Positions 25,421-40,337 of a stretch of DNA of 64,000 nucleotides are shown one piece after another. The position numbers and the translations under genes were made by a program. Source of the stretch: a virus; IMG/VR virus record IMGVR_UViG_3300028591_000197; one strand, 5' to 3'. Positions within the stretch are counted from its first letter, which is position 1; each line of letters starts with the position of its first letter. A model generated the notes under the pieces. The model did not search any database and had not been told where the DNA came from. It saw only the letters and a program-made list of their open reading frames with translations.

Positions 25421-26945
25421 ACAAAGAAAACCACAAAATGGTGGACAAAGAATTTGAACTGGAAGGGTCGCTAATACAACCACTGGTTCAACAACTACAC
25501 AAACTGTATATAGAATTCCTACAGGGAAAAAATATGGCGAATGTGATGTTTTGAACTATGAGGTAGTGTGAACCGCTCCAATTAGAGTAGCTATCGAATG
25601 AAGTAACGTTTATAGAGTTTCATTAGATGAGGCTGCTTTAAAAAACATTATAGAGAACTATGACAATTTAGACTTGTCTAACGTAACTCTACAGACAGTT
25701 AATTGAGATGTAACTTTTGAATGAAAAGTTACTTGAAACGAATTTGAATGAACAGCTATTACTGCAGAGACTATTTCTGCTACAAGTTGAGACATCACAA
25801 ATCTTTCTTCTGAAAATGTAGACGCTGACAATATTGAAGCAGATACATCTAGCCTATGAGCTGCTTCAGCTGATACATTAGAAGCTGGAGTTTTAGCAGT
25901 TGATTGAGCCTCTACATTTGATTGAGCTGTTACTATGAATAATACTTTAGATGTTGTAGGAGATGCTACAATGGCTAAAGCTACTATTACAGAATGAGAT
26001 ATTGCTGCACTAAGTTCAGATAATGCAGAAATTGAAACATTAGCAGTTACTAATGGCTTAACTGTTACAGGATGAGAGCATACAGACACAATTACTGTTG
26101 GTTGAAATGCTTCAGTTTGAGGAGGTTTATCAGTTACTTGACCTTCTTCTCTTTCTACATTAAACACATCTGGTCAAGCTGTTTTAAACTCATTAATAGT
26201 TAATAATAATGCAGTAGTTAGATGAGCTACTTCAACTGAAACATTAAATGTAAATGGAACTTCTTCTTTTGGAGGAAATGCTACATTTGTAGGAAATGTT
26301 TCTGTAGCTTGAAATCAAACAGTTAACGGAAATGGAATATTTAGTAATGATATCTCTGTTGCAGGAGATGCTTCTATAGCAGATGACTTATCTGTAACAG
26401 GATGAACTCATTTATCACACGCAGAAACAACAGGTAGTGTCGCTGTCGGATGAAGTTTAAGAGTTACTTGAGCTATTGATTGAGCAAATTGAGCGTCTAT
26501 TACTGGACAGCTTGAAGCTGACACAGCTAGAGTTTGAGAAATAGTTTCTGATGAAGTTAGAGTTAATGAATGATTATACCTAACTAGCTGAGCAGTAGCT
26601 CCTGATTTCATTCTACAAGATGAAAAAGGTGAAGCAGGTGGAGTTGCTCCATTAAACGCTTGTGGAAAAATTGACACTCAATATTTACCTAACCTTTGGA
26701 CAGCAGCCTGGATGAAGGTTTGATATTGAAGCTTTGATAATTCAAACACAGCTATAATTAATGATGAAGATATAACTAATGACGCTTACGTTGATGTATC
26801 TAACTATCAAGATATCATATGAGATACAGAAGAAATTATATCTGAATGAAAGTTAACTGTAATCAGTAACAAAACAGAAACTGGTTCTTTTAAATATATT
26901 GTAGTTAAGCCATTCAACTGACAAAGTGGATGTGAATGTGCATAA
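25413..26945 (+). CDS. tail fibre protein (about 510 aa), beta-helical repeat type
   Basis: Gly/Thr/Asn/Val-rich repeats (LSVTGG, GNATFVGNVSVAGNQTVNGNG). The C-terminus reads ...GKIDTQYLPN. Frequent TGA codons here mean Gly. The minus-strand track ORFs 25658..26167 and 26408..26677 are shadow ORFs. Confidence 0.65.
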
Positions 26946-26969
26946 TTTAAATCCTAATCTATACACGGT

Positions 26970-27896
26970 ATGCCAAGAGCAAGATTAACATTAAATGGAG
27001 ACTGAGTGTATACAGATAAGGATTGACGCATATATAAACTTACTCAAGAAGCTGTAGATAAAATAAACAGTATCCCTTGAGTAATTGATGACGTAAATTC
27101 TATGAGTACAACAGACGCATTGTCTGCTAATATGGGTAGAGAGCTTCAAGAACAGATTAATAATCTATCTGGAGCTCTCAGATATTTATCTGGATGGAAT
27201 TGTACAACTGGACTCCCAACTACAGACCCAATCCAAGACCCATATCAGTATTCTGCGTGATGTTTTTACATAGTCTCTAATGTGTGAGAAACGAACTATA
27301 AGCCACATTGAGCTTATTATAGACGCTGAGTTGCTAGTTCTGCTATAGAGACTGAAGATGTTCAAGTAAACGATTGGTATATGTATGACTGATTGGTATG
27401 GTCTCTTATTCATAATGCTTGATGAGGAGAAATTGTTGTAGATGATTATCTATCTACAACTTCTACTAATCCAGTACAGAACAGAGTTATTACAAATGCT
27501 ATTAATGGTAAACAAGATACATTAACAGCAGGAACTAATATTACAATTGAGAACAATGTAATTTCAGCAACTTGATGAGGATGATGACCTACATATACAG
27601 CCTGAGAAAATATTCAGATTTCTAATCAGAATGTAATATCAGCTACTGATACTACATATGAAGCTAGCGATTTTGATATAAAAGATTTAAGCGATTCGAC
27701 TCACTTAAAACAAACTTGGGGGAATTGAGCAGCTTTAGCTGCAACTGCATTACAACCTTGAGACAACATTACTGAATTAAACAATAATGCTGAGTTCACT
27801 GTTGATAAAGTTTTAACACAGGCAGAATATGACGCACTTTGACCATCTACGCAAACTGATGGAAAGAGATATTTAATATATTCTACTGTAGAATAA
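26970..27896 (+). CDS. tail fibre protein (about 308 aa)
   Basis: Its N-domain is shared with the N-terminus of the 32305 gene. It carries NITIENNVISAT and ISATDTTYEASDFDIKDLSDSTHLK repeats and ends with the C-terminal module ...GKRYLIYSTVE. Confidence 0.6.
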
Positions 27897-27921
27897 TTTT
27901 AATTTATACACATTTAATTAA

Positions 27922-29103
27922 ATGGCTAAAAAAGTTATTGACAAACTTATGTTAAATGGGCAAGCGTATCAAACTGCCTATGACAATACACTTACTATCC
28001 AGAAGAACTGAACGACTGTAGATAGCGTTAACCTTAATGCTACTGCTGATAAAACTATAAACATTACAGTCCCTACAAACTCTGATTATGTAGATTTAAC
28101 TTCTGCTCAAAGTGTAGGTGGAGTAAAAACTTTCACTAGCGAAATTGTAGTTCCTTCTAAAACTACAGACGCAACAAATACAGGAACTTCTGTTGCTACA
28201 GAAGCTCAGGTTTACAAAAAGCAAGATGCTTTAAGTTTACCTTCAACTCCTACAAGTGGTAACTTAGTTGCTTGGGGAGCTGACAATAAAACTCTTGTAG
28301 ATGGATGAGCTATCCCTACAGGATTCAACCCAGATAATGCTGGTTCTGTTGGACAAGTTTTGAAAAAGACTAACAATGGATACGAATGGTGAACAGATGA
28401 GGGACAGACTTATACAGCTGGTACTAACATCTCAATTGATGCTAACAATGTAATCTCTGCTGTAGATACAACTTATTCTGAAGTATCTAAGTCAGATATG
28501 GACACAGGGACTTCTACAACAGCTGGAGTTGTTTCAGCTAAATCTATCGCTGATTATGTTAGCGGAAGAATTGGAAGTGCTGTTGAATATAAATGACAAG
28601 TAGCTGATTACGCTTCATTGCCAGCAGACCCTGAGGTAGGAGATATGTACAACGTAGTCGCTGCGCATACAACTGCTCCTGAATTCGATGCTTGAACAAA
28701 TGTAGTATGGAATGGAACAGCTTGGGACCCTATGGCAGAGATGGTTGACTTATCTAATCTAGTAGACTTAACTTCTGCTCAAACAATTAGCTGAGCAAAG
28801 ACATTCTCTACAGAACCTATCTTACCTTCTAAAACTTCTGCTGCTACAAATACTTGAACTGCTCCTGCTTCAGAAGCACAGGTATACGCTGTAGCACAAT
28901 CTATTCCTACAGTTAATGATGCTACAATTAGCTTCACACAAGCTGGTAATAGCGTAGGAACATTAACTACAAACCAAGGTACAGCTGGAACATTAGCTTT
29001 TGCTGGAGTTATTCCTGCTACACAAGCTGAATGGGACGACTTACCAAGTTCTAAAATGACAGACAATAATACTTATTTAATATATTCTACTATTAATGAC
29101 TAA
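27922..29103 (+). CDS. tail fibre protein (about 393 aa)
   Basis: It contains a cassette of about 110 aa (SAKSIADYV...GDMYNVVAAH...TAWDPMAEMVDLSNLVDLTSAQTIS) that is near-identical to a segment of the 32305 gene. Its C-terminus is ...NNTYLIYSTIND. Confidence 0.6.
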
Positions 29104-29143
29104 TTTATTTCAAAAGTTTATAAAAAACTGAGTTGAAATTAAT

Positions 29144-32100
29144 ATGCCTGCAATACCTGAAGTTAATACAAAGACGTTCCAGCTATCTGGAGCGTCTGAC
29201 TTAACTACAGCGCAGGCTATTTTAGATTATTATAATGAAGATAACAATCCTGTTATCTATTATGCAGACAATATATATACAATTAGTTACGTTTGGACTG
29301 ACCATATAGATTTTATTGAGAATGAGGTAGAACACGAAACAACATCTTGAACTACATCTGTGTCTCAATGAAAGATAACTATTAATTTTGATAGTTGAGA
29401 AGTTACTACTATAGTAATAGGTAGTGAACCTATTATAAGTATTTGAGAGCAATTCCCTTGAATGACAATTCTTAGCTATTGACATTCTACTTGGCAAAAT
29501 TTTCTTGACGCTTATAATAAAAATGCGATAGTTTATACGAGAGCTTCTTCTAATTCTAATCCGGCTTCTTGAAGTCAGACAAGAATGGCATTTATGGCCT
29601 ATGTAAATAATGCTGAGAACCCTACAGAAGTTGAGTTCCAGTATTATAGAAGTAGAAGTGACCACAATACGCAAGCTAATCAATTAGACCAAGTGTTTGT
29701 TTATAAATTAACAAAAACAGCTTGACGAACAGTAACTACAAGAGACACGGCTGCCAAGCCTACTGCTTGAACTTGAGTAAGTCTTACATATGGTAGTGGT
29801 AATATGGTTATCGCTAATACATTGCCATTTAATCCAGGAAATACTTGAACAACAGGACAGGTTATTAAAAAGACAGCTAGTTGATATGAATGGGCTAATG
29901 AATCTTGATGAGGAAGTTCTTATACGGCAGGTGATTGAATAGATATAACTAATGATGTAATATCTGTTGATACTACAACAATTCAGCCAAAATTAACAGC
30001 TTGAACAAATATATCAATAGCTAATGATTGAACTATTAGTGCAACAGATACAACATATTCAGCTTGAGAATGAATAGAAATCTGAACTATTCAAGACTAC
30101 TCAGCTATGCAGTGACCAGCTCCTGAAGGATTCCACGTACCGCTTCAGAGTGAATGGCAAGCTGTATATGATATATGGACAGCTTTAGGTGGATGAAGTA
30201 GTGATTGACCTAATTTTTGAATAGCGTTGAAGTTGCCTATGGCTGGTTACCGTTTCAGCGCGTCTGCTGATGTTTACAATCAGGGTTCCAACGGAAAATA
30301 TTGGTCCTCTTCGCGTTACACCACTAATAGCGCATACTACCTGAACTTCAGTTCGGCTGCTCTTAGTCCTCAGAATACCAACTACCGTACAGGCGGTTAC
30401 TCTGTACGTTGTTTCAAGGATTTTCCAACTGTGCCTACATCTTCTTGGACAATGTTATATGGAACAAGTATAGAAGCAGGATGAATATTTTGGAATAGCA
30501 CAGATTGATTGATTTCATTAAGTTCTGACTGAGATATTTGGATAACTATCCAAGACAAGAACTTGTGAGCCACTACAGTATGGAATAGTTGAGATACGTT
30601 AAGTGAGGCTAATTGTGGTAAATACTATCAACGATGAAATAACTATGGATTTCCACGAACTTGAAGTGTAACTACTTCTTCAGCACAGGTAGACGCTTCA
30701 GCTTATTGACCTTGAAATTATTATTCTTCAAGCACATTCATAACAAGAAGTGAAAATCCATATAGATGGGATACTACAGATAACTGAAATCTCCGATGAT
30801 GAGAAACCTGAGTAGTAACTCTTGACAATGCTATCACAAACACAGGAGTGCTTAGTGTGAATTGACAAACTTGAGATGTAACTATTCAAGCTGGTTGAAC
30901 TTATACAGCTTGAGACTGAATAGATATAGATGCTAATAATGAAATTTCTGTAGATAGCACTATCGCTAAAGTTGACGATGTGAATACAAAGACATTCTAT
31001 CTATCAAGCACATCAGATTTAACGACTGCTCAGGCTGCTTATGATTGGCACGCTGATTGAAAAAACCCTATCGTAATATATAATAAAGAAGTTTATAATG
31101 TTACGAACTCTTATACTAACTATTTGGAATTGTATGCTATACCTACTTGACAGGAAACGGGAAGTACAGCATCAAGGGTAGATAAGCATAGACTGTCGTT
31201 TTATCATACTAATTGAGTAGTCTCTACTATTTCTTATTCTAATTCAGTTGTTGCTGAATTCTTAGGCTTAGGTTCAAATTATAGTGAGATTTATTATCCA
31301 AAATATGATTGAAGCCCTACTACAAAAAAATATGTAGATGACGCTATCATAAACAATAAGCCAATTGCTGGTAATAATATTACTATTGAAGAAGTATGTA
31401 CGACAGAACAAGATACTAAATGACCTTGTGAATCTGGATTTCATATTCCATTAGTTAGTGAATGGGGTTCAATAATAAACATCCGAACTTCTTTGTGATG
31501 AACTTCATCTGACTGAATATGATTCTCTACTGCGCTTAAATTACCTATTTGTGATTTGCGTTATTGATGAACTTGAAATATGAGTTCTGGTACACCTAAA
31601 ACTATATATTACTGGGCATCGGATTGTTGATGATACAGTAATAATCATAGAAATGTATTAATTCTTCAGAATAGTTCAGTATCAACTAATACAATAGCTT
31701 CAGCGAATTGATGTCCTGTGCGCCCGTTTAAAAATGCTGCAGTTACTCCAACGTCCTCTTGGACTAAATTATATTGAACAAGTATAGAGGCTGGTGGTAT
31801 ATTTTGGAGCAGTACAGACTGATTAATTTCATTAAGTAGCGATTGACAAACTTGGGTAACAATAGCAGACAAAAATATTTGAGCTACAACGACATATAAT
31901 TATTGAGATGCTTTTAGTGAATCAAATTGTTGAAAACTCTTTCAACGATGAAACAACTATGAATTTCCATATTGATGAAATATCACCACAAGTTGAGCTA
32001 CATATGATGACGTTCAGGCGTTTGGTCCTTGAAATTATTTTTATAGAGATAAGTTTATATTAGTATCTAACTGAAACTGGACAAATAATTATTATGCTAG

Positions 32101-32245
32101 AAATCTTTGGTGATGATATAGTAAATGAACTCGACAAGATTGTCGCGATGCTATTTCTTCTACTTGATGATTACCATCTTGATGAACAGTCTGACAAGTA
32201 TTAATGATGACTGCAGATTGACCAGCTTGGGTAACTTTATCATAA
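29144..32245 (+). CDS. tail fibre / adhesin (about 1033 aa) with two Fib_succ_major-like (TIGR02145-type) domains
   Basis: Two copies of the motif set DKNLGATTVWNSGD...CGKYYQRGNNYGF and GFHVPLQSEWQAVYD...LKLPMAGYRF...YWSSS...GGYSVRCFKD. Track ORF 30227.. lies in this frame. Confidence 0.6.
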
Positions 32246-32304
32246 AATATATTTTAGAAACAGAAACAAAATAAAAAACCTTTTTATATATAATCTTTTA
32301 ACTT

Positions 32305-35300
32305 ATGGCAAAAGCACGTCAAGTTTATACCGCTGACGACCTTTCAATCTTTAAAGAGGCGAAAGAGTTCAGCTTGGCTCCAGAAATCACAAGCAAATTG
32401 GATTGAATAGAGCCAGGTGCTCAGGTTAACAAAATTGAGATTGTAAAAGTTAACTGAACACCTTTACCAATTGATGAGTATAAAGCTGTGAATGTGGAAC
32501 TTCCTCTAGTAGAAGACGCATTGAACTCTACTTCAACGGAGAATGCTTTATCGGCGAATCAATGAAGGGTTTTGTATGATTATATACTTAACCTACAGTC
32601 AAGAGGTAGATACCTTTCTAACTGGAATTGTGTCACTTGATTACCTATGACTAACCCTTCTGTAAGTCCTTATGAATATAGGACAGGAGATTACTTTATT
32701 GTAAGTAACGTTTCTGATGGTGGTACTAACTATAGACCTTCTGGTCTTAGATATATCACCTGACAAGCTTCTACTACTCCAGAAGAGGAAGAGGTTAGCG
32801 TAGATGATATTTATCTATTCGATTGAGATAGATGGTTATTGCTAGATAACTCTGGTAAAAGCATAGCTGTTGACCAAGAATTATCTACAACATCTAGAAA
32901 TCCAGTAGAGAATAAAGTTATTACAAACGCTATTAATCTAAAACAAGACACAATCGTAGCGTGAAATAACATTCAAATCTGACAAGATGGAAAGACAATC
33001 TCTGCTACAGATACAACTTATACAGCAGGTGCTTGAATTAGCATTGATGCTAATAATGTTATCTCTAACACACAGACAAACGCTGTATGGTGAAACATTA
33101 CAGGAGTATTATCAAATCAAACAGATTTGCAATCAGCTCTTAACTCAAAGCAAAATAAGCTAACAGCTTGAACAAACATTTCAATTGATTCTAATAATGT
33201 TATATCTGCTACAGATACAACTTATACAGCTTGAGACTTTGATATTAAAGACTTAGCTGATACAACTCATTTAAGAGATACTTGGAATGGAAAACAAGAT
33301 ACAATCGTAGCTTGAAACAATATTCAAATCGCTGCTGACTGAGTTACAATCTCAGCTACTGATACAACATACACAGCGTGAACTAATGTTCAGATTTCTA
33401 ATTCTAATGTAATATCAGCTACAGATACAACATATTCAGCTTGAACAAATGTATCAATTGATTCTAATAATGTTATTTCAGCAGTTGATACAAAATATCA
33501 AGCTTCTGATTTCGATATTAAAGATTTATCAGACAGCACAAATCTTAAAGATAAGTGGAATAACAAGCAAGATACAATCATAGCTTGAAACAATATTACA
33601 ATCAATGCTGATGGTAAGACTATCAACGCTATTGATACTACATATCAAGCAAGTGACTTCGATATTAAAGATTTATCAGATAGTACAAATCTTAGAGATG
33701 AATGGTCTGGTAAACAAGATGCTCTTATCGCAGGAACTAATATTCAAATAGCTGCCGATGGAAAAACAATTTCTGCTACAGATACTACTTATAATGAAGT
33801 AACTACTGCAGATATGAACGCTGGAATAGATACTACTCCAGGTGTTGTAAGTGCTAAATGAATCGCAGATTATGTAAAGAATATGGTTGCTAGCGGTGTT
33901 GTTTATAAAGGACAAGTTGCTGACTATGATAGCCTTCCTGCTAGTCCTTCAGTAGGTGATATGTATAATGTTGTTGCCGCTCATTCTACTGCTCCAACAT
34001 TTGATGCAGGTACTAATGTAGTATGGAGCTGAACAGCCTGGGACCCAATGGCTGAAATGGTAGATTTATCTAACTTGGTAGATTTAACTTCAGCACAGAC
34101 TATCAGTGGTGTAAAAACATTCTCAGCAGAACCTGTTTTGTCAACAGCTAAAACAACTCCAGCTACAAATGACTGAACTAAATTTGCTACTGAGGCACAG
34201 GTTGCTTCTAAGCAAGATACATTAACTGCTGGTGATAATATTACAATTAACAATAATGTTATCTCTGCTTTAGGAGATATGAGATATGCTGACTTCTATC
34301 AAGTAGATGCTGAATGAAGTACAATATCTCTTTCATTAAATACTGCAGTTGAACCAGAAGCAAACTTCACAGTTAATGCTCCTGCTACAATTAAGGATGG
34401 ACAAACGTATATTCTTAGAGTTACTAACTGAGCGACTGCTTACACAATGACTCTTGGACAAAATATAACTAATCCATATGAAGTTAATACTTCATTAACT
34501 GCTGATGGTGTAGACCAGTTTGTATTCTTTGCGGTAGATGGTAACCTTGAATTACAACCTGAAGGAGGAAGCGGAAACTTAAAGGTATTTGAGTTATGAG
34601 ACCAATGGGAAATTAGTGCTTCTGATTTACAAGAAGCTTTAGACTTTCAATTAGGTTGATGAACTGCTATATTACATCACAGAGAAGAATACTATTTCTT
34701 TGCGTCAAATGACGATTGGTGATGTAATTGGGAAGCTACTACAGTTGAATGATGATTAGACTATGTATATTTGCCAACAATAAGATGACAATATGAGACT
34801 TATCAATCTAACGTAATAGAATATGTTAATAGAAATAGTAGCCAAGTATGAAATTATATCTCTAAAGATAATAGTGATTCTAATACCCCATTTATACCTA
34901 ACAAAGATTCTCAACCTACATCTAAGAAATATGTAGACGATAGAGACGACTTATATTTTCAGTGATTAACAGCTTGAACTAATGTGCAAATCGCTAAGAG
35001 TTATACTATAGTGAACGACCAGCAATGACCTTGTTCTACAGGATTCCACATTCCTAACGACAACGAAACGTCTAATTTAGTTTGACTCCTTCAAAATCTT
35101 TGATTAAGCGACACTGATGTAGAGACACACTTACATATGCCTCATACAGGATATATTGACAAAGATTGAGTATATCAAAACGACAATAATTGATATTTCT
35201 GGACTACTTATGCAGATTGTTGGACTGCTCAGCGTTTTGCTACAGGAAATAACTATTGACCATCCTCTTCAGGTTGGGGAGATTTGTCTTATTGACTTCC

Positions 35301-37128
35301 TATTCGTCCATTTAAAGACTCATATGCTTCTCCATCAGGAGCTGCTTGGACGTTAGTTACTTCAAGTGATGCTTTTGAAATGTGGTATAACGCTACAGAT
35401 GGATTAATTTCTATAACAGATGGTGGTAGTTTACATATAACATTAGCAGACAAAAACTTATGAGCCACTACAGTTTATAACTATGGTGACACATTAAGTG
35501 CTGCTAACTGTGGAAACTTATATCAATGGTGAAACAACTATGGATTCACTTGGTGAGTAGACCCATCTAGCACAAGCTCAACACCTGTAGATGCTAGTGG
35601 ATATGGTCCAGGAAATTACTACTCTTCTAGTACATATATTATTGGTAGCGGTAGATGGATGGATGACTGTGCTCAAAACCTTTGGTGATGACAAAGTCAA
35701 GCAATAAATAAGATTCCTTCTGCAGTAATTTCTGCTACAGATACTACTTATACAGCTGGTACAGGTATTGACATTACTAATGGAGTAATCTCTAATACAC
35801 AAACATCTGCTGCTTGGTGAAACATTACTGGAACATTATCTAATCAGACAGATTTACAAAACGCATTAGATGCTAAACAAGATGAATTAATTGCTTGAAC
35901 AAATATTACTATAGCTTCTGATTGAAGAACAATCTCTGCTACAGATACTACATATTCTCAAGCTACTGCTTCAACATTATGACTTGTTAAGTTATGAAGT
36001 AATACTGTACAAGCTGATACAGTTACAACTCCTTCAAGTACTGTTTGAAGAACTTATCCAATCCAGGTTAATGCTGATGGACAAGCTGTTGTAAATGTAC
36101 CTTGGTATGCTTCTAGTTGAGGTGGAGGTTGACACGAATATACTTCTTGAACAGGTATCTCTGTAGATAACACAAATGATATTATATCTAACACTTGAGT
36201 TATTACAGTTAACAGCCAATCAGGTAATGTAACAGTAGATGAATTCAGCCCTTCTAATTCTTGAAGTACTGGACAGGTTTTGAGAAAGACTTCTAGTGGA
36301 TATCGTTGGGATGATGAATGAGGTGCTGTAACATCTGTAAATAATCAAACTTGAGATGTTTATATAGATGAATTTGACCCTAACAACTCTGGTTCTGTAG
36401 GATATGTTCTTACAAAAGTTAACTCTTGAAGTTGATATGAATGGGCTGCTAATGATTCATTCTGACCAGATAATCTATGAACAAGATGACAAGTTCTTAC
36501 AAAAAATGCTAACAACTATTCTTGGGAAGATATAGACTTACCTAGTGGAGATAACAATGTAAAATTCTGGACGTTGAGTTCTGGAAATGGTATGTATAGC
36601 ACTACAGTGACTCAGGAAATCTATGATTGGTTAAATGCAGACCCTAATAACTGAGCTATTATTAATGATACATTCAAGAGAGAAGTGTTTGTATTCTATA
36701 GATTTAATAATACTAACGATGCTGTATTCCTTTGAGTAAAGCGTAACTCAGAATTGCATCCAGTAACTCCAAGTTCTACAAGAGCATTTACAAGTGCTTG
36801 GCAATGGGTATTAACTATCAATCATAGTACTTACTACATTACTGTAGACCAGAACGATGACCAAGATACAGTTACAAATTATATCTCTGCATCTTGAGCT
36901 CCTTACTATGACCCAGTTGATAACCCATCAGGGACATACGAAGCTTTCTTGCCTACTAAAGATTGGCAACCCGCTACAAAATTGTATGTTGACCAAGCTG
37001 TAGCTTGATGAGGATGAGCAAATGACTTAGTTCATAGTTCTTCAATAACAAATATTTGGACTTGAACAGAAAGTCAATATAATAGCCTTCCTAGCCATTC
37101 TGCTAATACACTCTACTTTACATATTAG
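32305..37128 (+). CDS. giant modular tail fibre (about 1607 aa)
   Basis: I walked the frame from ATG 32305 to TAG 37126-37128. It combines the N-domain shared with the 26970 gene, many TAGTNISIDSNNVISATDTTY repeats, the cassette shared with the 27922 gene, and a Fib_succ_major-like domain (GFHIPNDNE...IRPFKD; ADKNLGATTVYNYGD...YQWGNNYGF). Confidence 0.55.
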
Positions 37129-37191
37129 TAAAGATTATATTGTCTAGGAGGGGCAACCCTCTTAGACATTTTAATATATATAACGATATAA

Positions 37192-37950
37192 ATGGCAATT
37201 TATATTTGGACAGATAATCACGTAGGTGCTTGAATATACCATAACCCTTCTCAGGGATTAATTTCTTTAAGTAGAGACTGAGTGAATTGGACTACTATAG
37301 CTGACAAAAATTTATGAGCTACGCAGGTGTATAATGAATGAGATACATTTAGTGCAGCTAATGTTTGAAATTGGTATCAACGATGAAATAATTATGCGTT
37401 TCCATATTCTATTTGAAGTACGTGACCTAGTTCATCAAGTTCTACACAAGTAGACGCGTCTACATATGGTCCAGGAAATTATTATTCTTCTTCTACACGA
37501 ATAGACCCATATGTAGTAACTCAAAGTTCTTACCGAGACTCTAGTATAAATACTGACTTATGGTGAGGTGATACTAATACGCTTTCTGCTTTACAATGAC
37601 CTTGTCTAAGTGGGCGACATATTCCAACACATAGTGAAGCTGTAGGTATATGTAATAACTTTACACAGATTTCAAATTCTGGTCTATGAACCTATTTAAA
37701 AATGTGAAATCGGTGAGTCTTAAATAATGCCTGAACTGTTTCAGCTGAGGGATTATGGTGAAACTTACATACTGCTACATTAGAAGAAACCGAACCAGGG
37801 TTTTATACTCTTCGACAAATTACTACTTCAGATGGAGGTTTTTATACGTGAGGAGCTTGAGGAACTGATGGATGAGCCCCAATTCGTCCGTTTAAAAATG
37901 TTTGAGTAGCACCAGATAACTCACGAACCGTTTTATATCAACCTTCATAA
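37192..37950 (+). CDS. stand-alone Fib_succ_major-like domain protein (about 252 aa)
   Basis: Carries ADKNLGATQVYNEGD...GNWYQRGNNYAF, GPCLSGRHIPTHSE and ...GGAPIRPFKN. Confidence 0.5.
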
Positions 37951-37953
37951 AAA

Positions 37954-39606
37954 ATGACAGCAACACAACAAACAATATCTGGAATTCATTTAGGAGACCA
38001 AACTGTCAGGAAGGTTTTTAAATGAGGCGACCAGGTTCGGCCAACAAGTACTCCACCAGCTCCATCTGGTGAGTATATTGAATATAAGATGAGAGCTGAT
38101 AATAGTGGTAATCTATATGTGCCTACTGGTTGATATAGTTCAAGTTGACAATGTAATTGTCCTTATGATTGGAAAGTAAGCATAGACTGATGAACAGAGT
38201 TGCCAGTTTCGTGAACGTGAGGTAATAATACTTATGAAACATTTTGATGATATTCTGCTTGAACATCCCATACAATAAAAATTACTCCAAACATAGAAGA
38301 TTACTGATGGGCAAAAGCTTATTGACGATATATAAATAAACGTTCATTTTTAAGAGAAGTTATATACGATGGTAGCTATATGTGATACGCTGTAAGCGCG
38401 ACTGATACTGGTAACTACTTTAGATATTATCAATATTATGGATGTACAAATCTAACATTAGCTCCTAATGAAGTATTGCCTGATACAGTTACTACAATAT
38501 GAACTTCTTTTAGAGAAAACCAATATGGAAGTTGTACGTCTTTATCTTTAGTTCCTAATGAAGTTATCCCTAATTCTGTAACTTCTATATGAGGTAATTT
38601 TAGATGCGCTCAATATGATGGTTGTAGTTCGTTAACTACTGCTGCGAATGAGGTATTACCAAATTCTGTAACAACGATAGATTCTAATTTTAGAACTAGA
38701 CAATATAGTAATTGTTCAAATTTAACTACTGCTGCGAATGAGGTATTGCCAAATTCTGTAACATCTATATGATATAACTTTAGAACTTATCAATATTCTA
38801 GGTGTACATCATTAACTACAGCTCCAGCTGAAGTTTATTCTAGTTCAGAAACAGATATATGAGATAGCTTTAGATATTATCAATATTATGGATGCACTAG
38901 CTTAACTACAGCAGCCACTGAGGCGCTTCCAGCTTCTATAACTACGATATGAGTATGATTTAGAGAAGCACAGTATGAATGATGTACGTCCTTATTAACT
39001 ACGGCAACAGAAGTATTTACTAACTCAGTTACAAGAATTGAGAGCTCATTTAGAAGGCATCAATATTATTGATGTACGTCATTAACTACAGCATCGCCTG
39101 AGGCAATGTCTAATCAAGTGACACGGGTTTGAAGTTATTTTAGGTCTTATCAATACGATTGATGTAGCTCTTTAGTTACGGCACCACAAGCAAATAATGG
39201 TTCTATACCTTGAATTGGTATGGTATATAACTTTAGATATTATCAATTTGCAAATTGTACTTCATTGGAGATTTGAGCTGAAGAGGATTTGCCAACTTGA
39301 GATTCTTGAGTTTATGGAAGTAGCGAATTAAGTTGTCAATATAGATGATGTCCTTCGCTAAGATATATTATTCTTCACGCTTGGCCAATCTCTCATTCTG
39401 ATATTTACTTTAGAATTAATCAATTTAAAGATTCTTGAAATAACTTAACAATAAAAATAGTTTGAAATTCTGTGGACTGAGCCTATAATAGTGCCTGATT
39501 AAATCCTGATAATGTTAACGAGATTCAAGTTCCTAGTGCGCTTCTTTCCGCATATCAGAGTGCTTCTAACTGGAGTGCTGTAAGCTCTAAATTCGTATGA
39601 TATTAA
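37954..39606 (+). CDS. BspA-like leucine-rich-repeat protein (about 550 aa)
   Basis: About 12 tandem 23-aa units of the form FRxYQYxGCTSLTTAxNEVLPNSVTSIGxN. Its N-terminus shares the KVFKGGDQVRPT module with the fibre paralogs. Confidence 0.55.
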
Positions 39607-39633
39607 TTTTAAATAAATAACATAAAGATAATT

Positions 39634-40317
39634 ATGTCTTTAATAGCACATTACCCTCTAATAGCTAATTGAAACGATACAGAGGGAAATTATAATTTAA
39701 CCAACTCTAACGTGGTACCTTTTACTCAAGTACAATGAGTAACTTGTGCGAAGTTTAGTGGTATTGACTACCAATACCTTCACGTAAGCCAATTCCCATT
39801 TTCAGGAGATATAGAACTCTATGTTAACTTTTGGATGTGTAGCACAACGAATAATTATTCTAACTATCCATCTGTCATATGATTAGGTACTACACAACAA
39901 TGAAATGAAAATTTCTGTGTACGAATTAGTCCTGATTATGGTAGTATATTATGTACTTGATGATGGGATTGTGACGCTCATTCAAACTATGTAGTTCCTA
40001 CAAATAAATGGATTAATGTAGCTGTAGCATATAAAGACTGAGCTATAAAAATGTATGTAAATGGAGAGAATAAAATAGATGCAACTATCCCTTCATATAA
40101 TATTACTTGATGAGAATTCAGCGTTTGAGGTCAACCAACTTGAGGTTCAATATTTACGTGATGAGTAAGTGATTTGTATGTCTATGATGCAATTCCAGCT
40201 AATCTAGAAACAGAAATAGTCGACCATTATAACGCTACAAAATGAACATATATAAAACCTAAATTTAATCTTCATTCTATATTTGGGACCTTTCATAAAA
40301 AAACTTCCACTATTTAA
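39634..40317 (+). CDS. LamG / concanavalin-A-like lectin domain protein (about 227 aa)
   Basis: Carries WINVAVAYKDGAIKMYVNGENKIDAT...GGEFSVGGQPTGG, the typical Laminin_G_3 pattern. Confidence 0.45.
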
Positions 40318-40337
40318 TTAATAATGAACAATTAAAT

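Noticed and set aside
25658-26677. Minus-strand track ORFs 25658..26167 and 26408..26677 (and similarly 28779..29066, 29222..29683, 33981..34253, 50160..50657, 18749..19063, 47947..48219, 58874..59281)
   Set aside because: These are shadow ORFs antisense to strongly supported table-25 genes; repeat-rich Gly/Thr/Ala codons give open antisense frames. They have low-complexity Ser/Cys/Leu composition.
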